DNA from: Camelus ferus | Taxonomy: Eukaryota | Assembly: GCF_009834535.1 (NCBI RefSeq) | Contig: NC_045697.1 | Coordinates: forward strand, 29,142,001-29,206,000 | Direction of reading: 5' to 3' | DNA: 64,000 nucleotides | Part shown: one piece after another, positions 40,553-52,639 of the stretch | Layout of the letters: each line of letters opens with the position of its first letter | Position numbering within the stretch: the stretch's first letter is position 1 | Notes under the pieces: model-generated | Told to the model about the DNA's origin: nothing | Databases searched by the model: none | What the model saw: only the letters and a program-made list of their open reading frames with translations | Translations under genes and position numbers: made by a program

Positions 40553-42949
40553 CAAGCTAGACTATAGATATTTAGTATTCCTAAGAAGTATTGAGTCTTT
40601 AGTTTCTCCAAAATGATGTATGACCAGTATATAAAATTATTCCTGAAAACTGCGCTCTAAAAACAAAAATTTGAGGGTAAGAAGCAGTCTTTCAAGCTGA
40701 CCTTTAATTGGGGTAGTGGGTGGAAGAGGGAAGAAAGTTTAAAAGTTTTTTCATGAAACCAGAGCCTCCGTTTAGTGAACGCTTTTAATGGAACGAGTCA
40801 CGGGGCATAATGAAACGCAAATCACAAGGTTACACGTCGCCTCCTAGAAACACCGCACCTGGTTCCGAATTCTTTGCTAAAGCAAACGCTAACTTCTGAT
40901 TCAGGTCACGAGAAAACCTCAAGCACAGGTAGATTTTACCTCCTTCTCCATGACACACACAACCCTCTAGTAAAACCGAAAACAACGTTTCATGGAAACT
41001 GAAGATTACAATTATCCGGGGACTCGGAGCCACTGAAAAATAGAGTTTGCAAAGCAATTCCTCTGTCCCCTTCCTCCCCTCACCATTCCCACCCTTTCAG
41101 CAGAAGGGAACCCGAATCACTTGTAATCTGAAATTTTAAACATGTATAAATTAGTACTAAAGTATGAAACAAGTACCTGCCAAACACCTGGAGCTCTCTC
41201 TCCCTGCTGGCTCTCTCCTCCCACACGCTGGCAACGGAATGCCCTTCAAAACCATGGCTCAGTGCTTTTGGTAAATGTTTTACGAGACACTAAACAGCCT
41301 TATGTCCCACCCTCAGAGCAAACACCATTGAGAGAACACAATATAATGGTCACAAAGATATCGTGTGATGTGCAATAATGCAAATGAACAGGTAGGCTCT
41401 CTTTCCACACTTCCCCTTAAGAGGGAAAAAAATTCCCAAACTTGCAAGGGGCGGGGGTGGGTTGGCTGGAAAGGCTCACAGAAATAAACCTTGATACTGA
41501 AGCGTTCGAGTTTTGTGTGGGTTTTTTTTTTTTAGGCAACATTATGGTAAACTCCTTGTTCTAATCCCCAAGCAAGTCTTGGCTTGCTAAAATGAAAAAA
41601 GTGTCAAAGGCAAGAGTTAATAAAGGGTAGAGTTCACAGTGAATCTGCAGACACAGTAGCAACTATACACATACAGTATATTTCTATTTTTCAGAGCAAA
41701 TGCAACTCCAAAAAAATTTTTCATAAACCATCTTCCACAGTAAACAAAATGCACTCCCCATTTTCCACATCCCTCAAGTAATTCACAGTTAAAAACCAAC
41801 TCAGCTCCAAACCAGAAGTTTTGCATTCCATTCAAGTTAACAATTACAACTGGAGGATAACAGAAACTTGCTGGCACCGAATTATTAGCATACCCAGAAT
41901 GTCAGGTGCCTCTTGGTACCACCAGGGTTAACAAGATAAAGAGAGGGTGCCGGGGATTGTCTGCCTGGTTTTACAGAAGCTACATATAGAGACTGCTGGA
42001 GTCCAGAGCTCAGACGGCCAGTACGACCTACCTGCTCCTGGAGCTCTGAGTGGGCTGGTCTAAGAAATGAGAGTGTAGAATTATTCAGCAACCTTCAAGC
42101 CTACTCCCTAAAAGGAGACCAAGGCGGTCCGTATAGAGGAGAAGGAAGAATTGACTTTGGCTTTAGAATCACACACACAGCCAGGTTAGGCAAATGAAAA
42201 AACCCACTCTGGCGTCCCCACTCCTTACCCTAGTCCCCATGAATACTCTGTATTTCATACCTGTAACATGTCCAGTGGGGTGGAAAGAAAATTGAATACA
42301 GAATTGAGATCATGGCTTTTTTACACATCAGCTGTGTGACCTTGAGCAAATCACTTAACCTCTCTGAGCCTATTTCCTTACCTATAAAATAAAAATGTCT
42401 AGAACCAGGGAAGATTTTTCAAAGAACTAACTGACAGCACTCCCAATCTGAGAGCCTAAAAAAAATGGCATAGAGCAATTCTTTACGTTTTCAAAACATT
42501 TTAAGGGTTGTTGCTACTTTTTTCCTCCCCGCAGTTCATATGTATAGGTCTTATCTTATTTTCAATTTCCTCATATTACAGAGGCCTCGGGTTAGCGCTA
42601 TGATTAAGGGCAATTAACTTGGCTTCTCCTGGGCCTGGCTGACTAATCCGTCCTGGGTGGGTATCCTACATGCGTGGTTATCTGCCTCGGGGCATGTGGT
42701 GAGGGGCCTCCCCGGCCTCCCGTCCAGTCCAGGCTGCCGTCCTTGTGCTTTCACAACATCTCGCCTCTTGAATTCATCTTGCCCTCTCACACACATACCT
42801 ACCTGCCTCCCTTTCCCTGTGCTTTTCTTTCTTTTTTTCTAATTTTCTCTCTCTCTTCCCCCACTTCCTTTCCTGCCTCTCTTTCTTGAGGGAGACAGAG
42901 AAGGTGGGAACATGGAGAGCAATTATTCTCACCACCCTCATTCCCCTAT

Positions 42950-43140
42950 TATTTATGTGATGTATCAAACAAGCCAGTGAGGGAGGGAAGACAGATGTTA
43001 TTACCATCCAGAGTCTCCTGAAGAGAGAACTGAGATCCAGAAAGATTCAACAACTGGCCCAAGGTCACCCGGAGATTGCTGATGAGACGTGGTCGGAAGC
43101 CCGGCTCTCCTGGTAGGTCGGGGTTTCCCGGCGCTGTCAC
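42950..43140 (-). mobile_element. MIR SINE with unusually many CpGs
   Basis: gagagaactgagatccagaaagattcaacaactggcccaaggtcaccc. Confidence 0.75.
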
Positions 43141-45850
43141 TCCTGGTGCTGACCAACCTAACTCCCCACCCTCAAGCGCACCTATTTTCAGTGCCCCACT
43201 GAGGATTGGGTCTCCCTGCTAACTGCAGCATATTCTTCAGAGCACTATGCTCATCTCCTTCCTTCCTTCCTCTCGGATGGTCAAACCGATCCTCTAAATT
43301 TTAGGGTCTATCTCACCTGACCCCTATAACCCACCTCCTGGCTCATACTGTCCCTGCGTGCCCTTCTTTAGGTAAACCCAACAGGAGCAAATCTCCAAAC
43401 TGACAAACCTGCATGACTGGGGAAGAATTATCCACTTCAAAGGAGTTGTTCCTTATTAGTGGCTCTCTTGGGCACCCATGTCATCCTGCACCAGCGTATT
43501 TGTCTGTATGAGACCACAGGAGCATCCACCTCTGCACCCCTTAGCATGGTGTCCAGTGCTTACTAAGAAGGAACACATTTGAACTTTGATCAAACCATCA
43601 GATCATGCCACGAAACAGGCACCATTTATTAAATGCCCACAATTACCAGGTACTTGATATAGAATCTCGTTTAATTTAATCAGATGAGAAGGCGCTAGGT
43701 TCAGAGAGTGCCCATGGGCATGCACGCAGCTGAAAAGGGTAGAACTGAGAGTCCAAGCGGATTCAATCAAATCCTTGCTCTCTGCCTGAGCTACACTCTT
43801 CTGCCACAGGTACAGTGCAGCCTGCTCACTCTAGGGACTACGTGTCTATCGCCCCAATCCAGAGCTACCTGTATATGTTTACTGGGCTCTGTGAGAACCC
43901 GTTTGGCCCTGTTCTTTTACTCCTTTCCCTTGGGTTCCCCAACCACCTCCATCCATCTTTTCTTTTTATACCAAAGACAATCTGTCCTGCTAAATTTGAA
44001 ACCTATTGGCAAACTCTATTATTGGGGCCCCGATTTGACCACAAAAACCATTCAGATGGCATGGATTCCCCTACTTCATGTAGGCCTTTATGTTCATTTC
44101 TTCTGTGGCTACACATTTGATATTTAACTTTAAACACTGTAGGCTATGTTAAAATTCCCTGGGTTATATGTAGCACTTGCTGTGCTGTTATATTCAATCC
44201 CAAGCTGCTCAGAGACTCAATTCTGTGTCCCTCATACAGAACTGTGCCTTCCATACAAAAGAAATGTTTTATACCAGCATTTTCCTGCTTGCAGCCATGC
44301 AATTCTAAGTTGAATTCTGTGCTACTGTTTAGGGTATGCCAGCTGCAGGTGTGCACCTGGAATTTTTAACAGCAGAGTTCCGATAGGCAGAAAAATCAAC
44401 CTCTGGCAAGTGCTGCTGCATCACCCTGGGCCTGTTCCAGAGGGGATGTCGGCTCTAGGGGCCCACTTCTAGCTTGGATATCTTTGAATCTAGTATATAT
44501 TTGGCCTGCAAGATGGTTCCAGATTTTGAAAGGGGTTTTGAGCTCCCCAGATACTACTGATAGGAAAGGAGGAAGGAGCAGGAGGTGAATCTTTTATTTG
44601 GAGATGCTACGTCTCCCAGAATCTTGGCAAGGTCTTGGAACTCCCCTGAGTCACTCAAGCCCCTTCAGTTTTTTAAAGAGAACTTCAGAGAATGTCCCAA
44701 GTGCACCTCTGAAACTGCTGGTCACCCAGCCCAGCCTAAATGAGACCCTCAGGAAGGTCAAGAGCCCCTGGCATTTTCCCAAACTGCTTAAGGAAGGAGA
44801 CACTGGAACACATGATGACTACATGGTCCAGCACTGTCTTTCAGTGAAAAGGGACATCAGTGTCCCAATGAAAGAGACATCAGCCACTAGACCAGCAGTT
44901 CTCAAAGTGAGGTCCCTGGACCCCCTAGGAGACCCTAGGACTCTTTCAGAGGTCTGCAAGGTCAAAACTATTTTCATCATAATACTAACATTTCTGCCCT
45001 TTTTTCCCACTGTGTTGACAACTGTACAAATGATGAAAAGGCAATGGTGGGTAAAAATGCCCCTCAGCACAAAACAAGGCAGTGGCACCAAACTTAGTAA
45101 TAATTGTAGCATTTTTTTTTTTACCACCAGGCACTTGAAGTTTTTTTAATTTATTTTTTAAAGAGACAATTTTTCTTAAGAATGTACTCAAATTAGGAAA
45201 ATGTTAATTTTATTACATCTTGGTTTTTGAGTATATATCTTTTTAAAAAAATATTCTATGTGATAAAATGGCAAGCAAGCAGAAAGCACTTCTTCTGCAG
45301 ACCAAATTACGATGATAGGCTCACAGAAAGTCACGTGTGTGACTGAGCTACAGAGGGAACTATATACCTCCTCCTGTCACAGAAAGTTATTTTTACTTGA
45401 AAGAATGACAGACAGATACACTATGGTTATTCAGACTTGGGTATTTGGCATTTTCTGGAAAATGAATGAAGTGTGCCTGTCACTTCAAAGAACACGACTA
45501 ACAGTATTTGTTTCCAATGATAAAATTCGAGCTTTCAAACAAAAGTTAAAATTTTAGAGAACCTGCATTGAGCATGACAGCTTGCCAGTAATTAAAGGCT
45601 TTTCTGATGAGATTAGTTGTGATATTAACAAATGTGATTTTTTTAATATTGCATAATGAAATGCATCGATATTTGGATGCTCTTCAACACTCAGGAAACC
45701 GGTATTTTCCAAATGACCAATTCACGATGTTACAGAATCGGGCATAGGGAAAGATCCATTCAAAGTATAAAATAAACCAGTGGATTTTAATTGTAAGAGT
45801 ATGAAGAGTTCATTAGTAAGGCTTCAGATTCCACACTGCTACTGACCTCT

Positions 45851-46126
45851 ATGAGACGATCTCTCATAGAGTTTGGGTTTAATATCAAAGAAGAATGCTC
45901 TCAACTATCTGAAAAGGCTATTACAATACTCCCCCCTTTTCCAACTAAGTATCTTTGTGAAGTTGAATACTCTTTATTTATTTCGATAAAAATAACGTAT
46001 CTCAACAGATTGAAGGGAGAAGCAAATATAATACAGCTGACTTCTATCAAGCCCCTAATTATAGAGATTTGCAAAAATGTAAATAATATGCTCTCAACCA
46101 TCTACTTTTTTGGGAAATACAGTTAA
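45851..46126 (+). pseudogene. Remnant of the hAT (Charlie) transposase C-terminal dimerization region
   Basis: KEECSQLSEKAITILPPFPTKYLCEVEYS...KITYLNRL...QLTSIKPLI resembles the Charlie/Buster motif LLPFPTTYLCE.GFS...K...RNRL. Confidence 0.85.
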
Positions 46127-46268
46127 TGTTAGAAATTACTATTATTTTTGAAGTAATTAATGAATATTTTAAATTTCTTAGTTTGAATTTCTAATGTGGT
46201 AAATAGTTACAATGCACATGAACAAGAGAGCACTTTGGGTTTCTCAATAACTTTCAGGAATGTGAAGA

Positions 46269-46443
46269 CAGGGTTACCAGATTCAAATAAAAATGCAGGA
46301 CTCCCAGTTAAATTTAAATTTCAGATAAAAAGAAATAATATATTAGTATAAGTATGAAATATTTGGGATATACTTATACTAAAAAAATTACTTACTGCTT
46401 ATCTGAAGTTTATATCTAATTGAGAGTCCTTTATTTACCTGTT
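46269..46443. mobile_element. MER53 palindromic MITE nested in Charlie1a
   Basis: agggttaccagatt...cccagttaaatttaaatttcagataa...agtataagtat / atacttatact...ttatctgaa. Confidence 0.85.
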
Positions 46444-48399
46444 AAGATGTGCTGAGCCCAAAAAGTTTAAGAAACTGCAGTAAACCATGCCCCTCACACA
46501 TGTGCTAACACACTAATACCAACATTTATTAAACACCTACTGTGTACCAGAGCCAGCACTAAATTCTTGACATACATTACCTCTTCAATTATCTCCAAAA
46601 TCCTATGTAGCAAGTACCATTAAGATCCCTAGTTGAGTAAACCTAACTAGTGAAAGGCAAGAATGCAACTCAACCACTCAGATGCCAAAATCTCAGCTTG
46701 TAACTAGTAGGTTTACACTGAACTCTGAATAATGAAGAATCCCAAAGATGATGGGGTTTTCTGTGTATTTGCATCTCAGATGTTAGCAAATCGATTTCTA
46801 TTGCTTCTCTTCTCTCTGTCTCATAGCTGTGTGTTTTGCCACCAGGGCAACGATGAAAACCAAGGCTGTGTGTCAGGGAATTCTATCCAGAGCATTGTGA
46901 CTTGGAGCAGACTTTCCTAATGGATGCTTCCCTGGGCATAACAATTGCATTGTTCCAAGCTGGGAATTCCAGAATGGAGCAATGGTGCACAGGCACAGCT
47001 CATTACTATTAATTGGAAGCTGCTGGGAGCTTGGTGCTGGGCTAGGATCATCCTTGAGAATAAACTGGTAATTTCTCCAAATGAATCTGTACCAAATGAA
47101 GCAAATGCAACCACTGTTGTTAAGTGAGCCAAGGTTCTGTTTTCTGTATGATCATGACCCAGGCCACTAGATATATTTAACGAGCGCAGGTTCGACAGTA
47201 AACAAACAAAGGAAAGTAAACTTTTTATAATTCCAGCATAGGGGCAAGGGTATATTCACTCACAGTGCCTCATGATCTGCAAATACAAAAGAGAATTTGC
47301 TTGCAGCCAACTAGGGGCCCTCCCCTAATTACTAATTGCTGTAATGAAACATAGAAAGTGATAAACATATAAAGGGGTGGAGAAGGCAGGGGGGAGAGAG
47401 AGAGATACTAGTCTTTCACATGGGAAAAACTTTAACAAAGGGAAAATTTACCTTCCAAATCTTTTTTTGTTTTGTAAATTTGGATTTTTATTAGCTGTGA
47501 GGCACACTAGATTATAGGAAAGGCAGTTGTGTATACAGAAACCAAGGGTGACAGAACTTTGAGGATTAGCCTGGAGGAGAGAATGGGACAGGGAAGGAGA
47601 AAAAAAAAAGGGTAGATCAGAAAAGATGCCAAAACTGGAATGTTAGATTATTAAAAGGAGGTGCGTTTAGAAACAAGACTTGATGAGAACCTAGAGATCA
47701 GGCCTACGTAGAAAGGGGCTTTGGGGAAACCCAAGGGCCCAGACACCTGGTCATGGGGCACTGGAAGGAGAAGTTAAAGAGTCATTTATTACTTCTAAAA
47801 CTGTCAATTTTGCCATTCTCCTCAGGCCCACCTGGCAGGGCTGCTATCTGTTTTTTCAGATACTGGCCCAGCCCTGCCCTGGTGGCTGGGTCCACCTCCG
47901 CAGGGCAGTCCCTCTATCTGCACACTCCATCTAGATTCCTCAAGCACAGAAAGGAGTGCCTGCAAGAGGGAAAAAGAAAAAGAATAACAAACTGAGATGC
48001 AAGCCTGGGCTCCCTCCTCAGATAAGCTTGGGTGACCAAGGAGTGCAGCTTTCCCCTTCAAGAGGCCTTCAGAGTTTATTCTGGTGAATGCTGAATGTCA
48101 AGGAGGACACAGCCAGAAACCGTGACTCATCAAATTTCCAACGTCAGGACCAGAATGCACAGACCAGATCCAAGGCCTGGCTTTGCACTCAGAACACTCA
48201 GAGTCAAGGCCCCTGCCTGCCTCAGATATGAAGGGGAGGAGCCACGCCGCCCGGCCTTCACCCTATCGGCCCGCTGCCTTTTCTTGTCTTCAGCACATGG
48301 AGAACGTGGAGTTTTATCCCACTGTGTTTGAGCCACAGGCCCTTATGACATTTCAGAAGGTGATTTGCCTTGAAAAGTGGTTGGATCTGTACATGAAGG

Positions 48400-48580
48400 T
48401 CACTGGACATTAGTGTAAAGCCAGATGGTATTTTTTGGCTCTGTAGGCCATATGGCTTCTGTTACATATTTTTCTTTCTTTTTGCTTTTTTTTTTTTGGA
48501 AACCCTTAAAAGTGTAACAACCATTCTTAGCCACATATAAAAACCGGCAGCAGAGCTGGCCATAGTTTGCTGATCCCTCA
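48400..48580 (+). mobile_element. MER58B-like hAT MITE
   Basis: tgtaaagccagatggta...ggctctgtaggccata...aaacccttaaaagtgtaacaaccattcttagc...ggccatagtttgctgatccct. Confidence 0.75.
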
Positions 48581-49339
48581 CTGAGAGCAGCGGCAAAGGG
48601 CGGACAGTATCAACAGGGGCTTCTGCAGTCTGGTTGCTGCTCTATTGCCTTCGTGCTGATAAAGGCTACCTAATTCTCCACCGCGCTTGCCCAAGTCTGG
48701 CATCCTCTACTTATAGGGTCACCACCCCTTTCTTATGATCCTTTTCAAAGAAGAATTTAGCTGCAGATCTGGCAGGAAATTTAATCTTCAAATGACAGAC
48801 TTTTATATATTGGGAAAATAAGATAAATGGGATTTTAAATAAGCTAGAATATTTTTTAACAGGTTAGTTTTCATTCTCAGTGTGTGTGCACGTGTGCACT
48901 TCTGTTTAACAGTGAACACTTCATATGTACCACAAAATCCCAAACCTGGAAGAATCCTCGATAGAGTCTACAACTGTTTACATCTGAGGAAACTATGACC
49001 TACTTCGGTTAAATGAGATATTCTAAGTTCCGTACCAACTGGCAGAAAAGCTGAGGCCAGAAACTTGATTTCCTGATTTCCAAATTAGTTCTCTGTCTAC
49101 TACGCTCCTTCATAGCACATTGCCAAATTGGTAGTAAAAATTCAATTTAACAAATACTTATAAAGTATTTCCAACATACTCAGCCCTGGCTTAATGCTCT
49201 GGGATACAAAAGGAGTATAACGGAGGGTCCTGACCATAAAAAGCTTTTGATCTCACTGAGAAAATAAGGTACACACACGAAACAAATATATTCTGTTTTA
49301 CATTGTTATATAACGATATGGCTAAAACAGTGCTGATAG

Positions 49340-49534
49340 AGGGTTTTCTGTCTTTGCTGTTCAGTATGGTGGCCAGTGGCCATGTGTCAGCTGAACACTT
49401 AAAATGTGGGTAGTGCAATTAAGGAAGTGAACTCTTTTTTCTTTTTTAATTGAAGTATTGTTGATTTAGAATGCTGTGTTAGTTTCTGGTGTACAGCATA
49501 GTGATTCAATTATACATATATAATATATATATGT

Positions 49535-49591
<57 letters not shown>

Positions 49592-49892
49592 TTTTTCATT
49601 ATATGCTATTACAATCTATTGAATAGTTCCCTGTGCTACACAGTAGGACCTTGTTGTTTATCTATTTTATATATAGTAGCCTGTACCTGCGAATCCCAAA
49701 TTCCAAATTTATCCCTCCCCCTGCCTTTTCCCCTTTGGTAACCATAAGTTTGTTTTCTATGTCTGTGGGTCTCTTTCTGTTTTATAAATATGTTCACCTG
49801 TGTCATTTTCTTGATTCTCCTAATTATATTTCATTTTAATTAGTTCAAACAGTCACATGTGGCTACAGGCTACTGTGTTGGACATCACAGGT
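49340..49892 (+). mobile_element. MER3 split by an L1 insertion (halves ~49340-49432 and ~49820-49892)
   Basis: ctgttcagtatggtggccagtggccatgtg...aaaatgtgggtagtg...gaagtgaac resumes after the L1 as aattagtt...cacatgtggctacaggctactgtgttggacatcacag. Confidence 0.8.
49434..49818 (-). mobile_element. Cetartiodactyl-type L1 3' UTR fragment with an expanded (TA)n (~49510-49588)
   Basis: ttttttaattgaagtattgttgattt...ctgtgctacacagtaggaccttgttg...ggtaaccataagtttgttttc; same family as 25050-25829. Confidence 0.9.
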
Positions 49893-50099
49893 CTAAGAAT
49901 GCTTATCGGTCTGGATGGAAAATATGTAACTGACATTCTGTCACTTCTCCCTCTTGTGCCTCTGGCAGAAACTACAGTTGATCCCAGAACCCTTTCCCTC
50001 TGCGCAGGGATGGGCTCTCAGGATCCTCCATGCAACATATTTTCAACTGCCTGGACCTGGAACCCATTTGCCATCCCTGACACAGATAAAAGTTGACAT

Positions 50100-50480
50100 A
50101 TGTGAGCAGGAGAAGGAAGTACTTGGATTGAGCTTAGACAGGCAACATTTGGACACATGAAGAGAAAGGGACAGAGTGTGGGGCTCTCCGTATGGAGAAC
50201 AACATGAGCATAGGAACTGGATAGGGTTTTCCCAGTTCCAGGACAGGAGGATGCTGGCCGGGCCAGAAGGGAGGATTGTGCTGGGCGTGGTGCAGATAAG
50301 AGGGCACACAGAAGGGTGGAGCTAGATTACAGACCTTTGGATTCCAGGAGTTTAGACTTTTTCTCAAGAGCTATAGGAGCCCCTGAAGGTTTAAGCAGGA
50401 TAATGAGTGGAGACAAACATGTTTTAGGAAGGCAGATCTGATGGTGAGCCACAGAAAGGACTGCATAACAGATAGGCATT
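50100..50480 (-). mobile_element. Highly diverged L2 fragment
   Basis: gaacaacatgagca...ggagtttagactttt...ataggagcccctgaaggtttaagcagg...tgttttaggaag. Confidence 0.55.
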
Positions 50481-51304
50481 CAGAGACCAGCAAGAAGGCT
50501 ATTCCACTAATGGTTTTTTATTTTCCTTTAGGAAAGTAACACTTGTTTATTAAAGAAAATGTATAATCACAGAAAAGCAGATATAAAAATTAAAACTAGA
50601 TCTCTGCCTTTCACACTCAACCATAGTTAGCATTTTGATGCAATTTCTTCCAGATTGTTTTTATTTCCTTCCATGGCTACTGCAATAATTCAGGAATAAA
50701 AGCTGGACTAGGAAGGTGGTAGTGTGAATATAGAGGAAAAGCTACAAATGAATTTTTCAGTGAGACAGAAGAGTGAAGAAAAAAGGCCATTAGCATCAAG
50801 GGACCTGGAACCTGAGTTCTAGGCTTGGCTATTTCAATGGGCCTCCTTTCTCTCAACCCCTAGCCTTGGTTTCTTCATTTTAGAATTCAGGTACTGGTCC
50901 AGATCAACCTCTTAACCTCTTCTTATTGGTGTCTAATTAAGGGTTAGAGGAGATTTTCAAGACCTCCCCCTGGACCTAAAATGGAAGTAAATGTGTGTAT
51001 GTAAGTCTCTGTGCATTTTAAGTGAACACCACATATAGATAGCAGGGTTGTCATTAGACAAAAATGTTCCCTTGATCTTTAAGCTGTACCAATACACAAA
51101 GCCTGTCACAATCCGTAAGATTTTAGGTGTAAAATAATTAAACTGTATATTCTAAGCAGTGTTGTATGGAGGTGTGTAGACGTGGTTCCCAGGACATGTA
51201 ATGGGTGGTATGACAGGGGACCCATTCTCAGGCAGGACTCCATAAAGCAGGGACAGCATCTTCCCTGTCCTGGAACTGGGAAAACTCTATCCAGTTCCTT
51301 TGCT
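50207..51304. repeat. Inverted duplication of ~54 bp (arms 50207-50259 and 51251-51304)
   Basis: Manual alignment of arm 1 with the reverse complement of arm 2 gives 4 mismatches and 1 gap. Confidence 0.9.
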
Positions 51305-51425
51305 TAAGAGTCAAAAAGTTTTAAGGCCCAAACCATCTTCATAGACCATGGGGAAAACAAAACCAAAAAGAGCTGGGAGAGAATGCAAACAGTGCTCCAC
51401 GGGAAAAAAAAAAAATACACAGACA

Positions 51426-51552
51426 GGGGAGGGTATAGCTCAGTGGTAGTGTGTGCTTAGCACGCATGAGGTCCTGGGTTCAATCCCCAGTCCGTCCATT
51501 AAAAAACAAATAAATAAACCTAATTCACACACACAGAAGGAAAAAGAAGAAG
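51426..51552 (+). mobile_element. Camelid tRNA-Ala-derived SINE (Vic-1-like)
   Basis: ggggagggtatagctcagtggtagtgtgtgcttagcacgcatgaggtcctgggttcaatcccc...aaataaataaacctaatt; flanking aatacaca repeat. Confidence 0.9.
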
Positions 51553-51654
51553 CAATACACAACCACTTACCAGGTTAATAAGCAAAAGTGTAAGCCGGTG
51601 GTTGTCCACACAACATGTACGTGAGACTCAATCGTGGAGTTTCCAAAAAATATC

Positions 51655-51760
51655 GATGGTTGGGCTCCTCCTCAGACTAATTAAATCAGGGTCTCAGTGA
51701 GTGGGGCCCGTGTGTACATTTTTTTAAAGTTCTCAAGATGACTAAAACCTGAAGCATCAG
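51655..51760. mobile_element. MER5-like MITE fragment
   Basis: tgggctcctcctcagact...aaatcag...gtggggccc...catttttttaaagttctcaagatgact. Confidence 0.6.
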
Positions 51761-52099
51761 CAGATATCCCAGAGGAAGAACAGCCCAAGGGGCCAGGGAG
51801 GGGCGTGGGATCCAGATCTGCCTCTGCTCTTCACTGCCCTGATGAAGTGTTGCTACCAGTTCCCTAGTGAGGAAGAACTGTAGGTCAGCACTTCTAGAAC
51901 CTGCCACGCCATTATAATTTGCATATTAAACCATATATAGCTTCCATTCCGGAGTGTAGGATCTGTCATTGTCAATACATCCTTTTGTCACGTTCACTGA
52001 ACCATGTGTGACAGAACCCCTGGGGACTCTGGCCAGTCCATGAACTCTGGCCAATGAACAAGCCTCCTTCTGAGGCTACCTCAGCTCTCTAAGGGGCTC

Positions 52100-52380
52100 C
52101 TAGTTAAAAAGTACAGACTCTGGCCTCAGGCCAACCGCGGTGTGTGTGCCAGCTTTGACATGCACTCTTAACTGTGTGGCCTTGTGCAAATTACATATTC
52201 TTTCATACCTCAGCTTCCTTATTTGCCAAATAGGAGTCCTAATACCTTTATGGGATTATTGTAGAAATTAAATGAGGCCATATAAATCAAAGAGATAATG
52301 CCTGTAAAGGAATTCTTTGGTGCCTGGCACATAGTAAGCACTCAATAAATGTTAGCATTATTTTTATTATCATTATTTAT
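52100..52380 (+). mobile_element. MIR SINE, near full length
   Basis: ctgtgtggccttgtgcaaattac...cctcagcttcctt...gtgcctggcacatagtaagcactcaataaatgttagc. Confidence 0.9.
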
Positions 52381-52639
52381 CATTTGTTTTCATTGTCACC
52401 TCAGGGTTCCTTCTAACTCCAATACTTTGATTCTAAGAATCACTTGGTGACTGACTACACAGATGGAGCCAAAAGTCAGCAGGTACTGGCATGCCTAGAT
52501 TAAGACCAGTCTGGATCCTGCCCCCTTCACCCCAGCCTGATTCCTCAATAACTACTTCATTCTTTGCTTTAAGACACCCCTGGTAGGTTGCTGGCGTTGG
52601 TCTTAGTTTTAAAAGGACCTGACATTTTGCAGGCACAGA

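Larger units (their letters stand above)
44893..46477 (+). mobile_element. Charlie1a-like hAT DNA transposon (non-autonomous deletion derivative)
   Basis: 5' end cagcagttctcaaagtgaggtcc...ggtcaaaactattttcat, 3' end ccaaaaagtttaagaaactg, 8-bp TSD cactagac / cagtaaac; ~1.4 kb after removing the nested MER53. Confidence 0.9.

Noticed and set aside
43708..44127. Overlapping 139-aa and 101-aa ORFs
   Set aside because: The longer ORF begins in a MIR fragment; both use non-ATG starts and show no recognisable domain
44598..45149. Longest ORF in the track (183 aa)
   Set aside because: Runs from unique DNA into the 5' end of Charlie1a; no recognisable protein similarity; chance ORF
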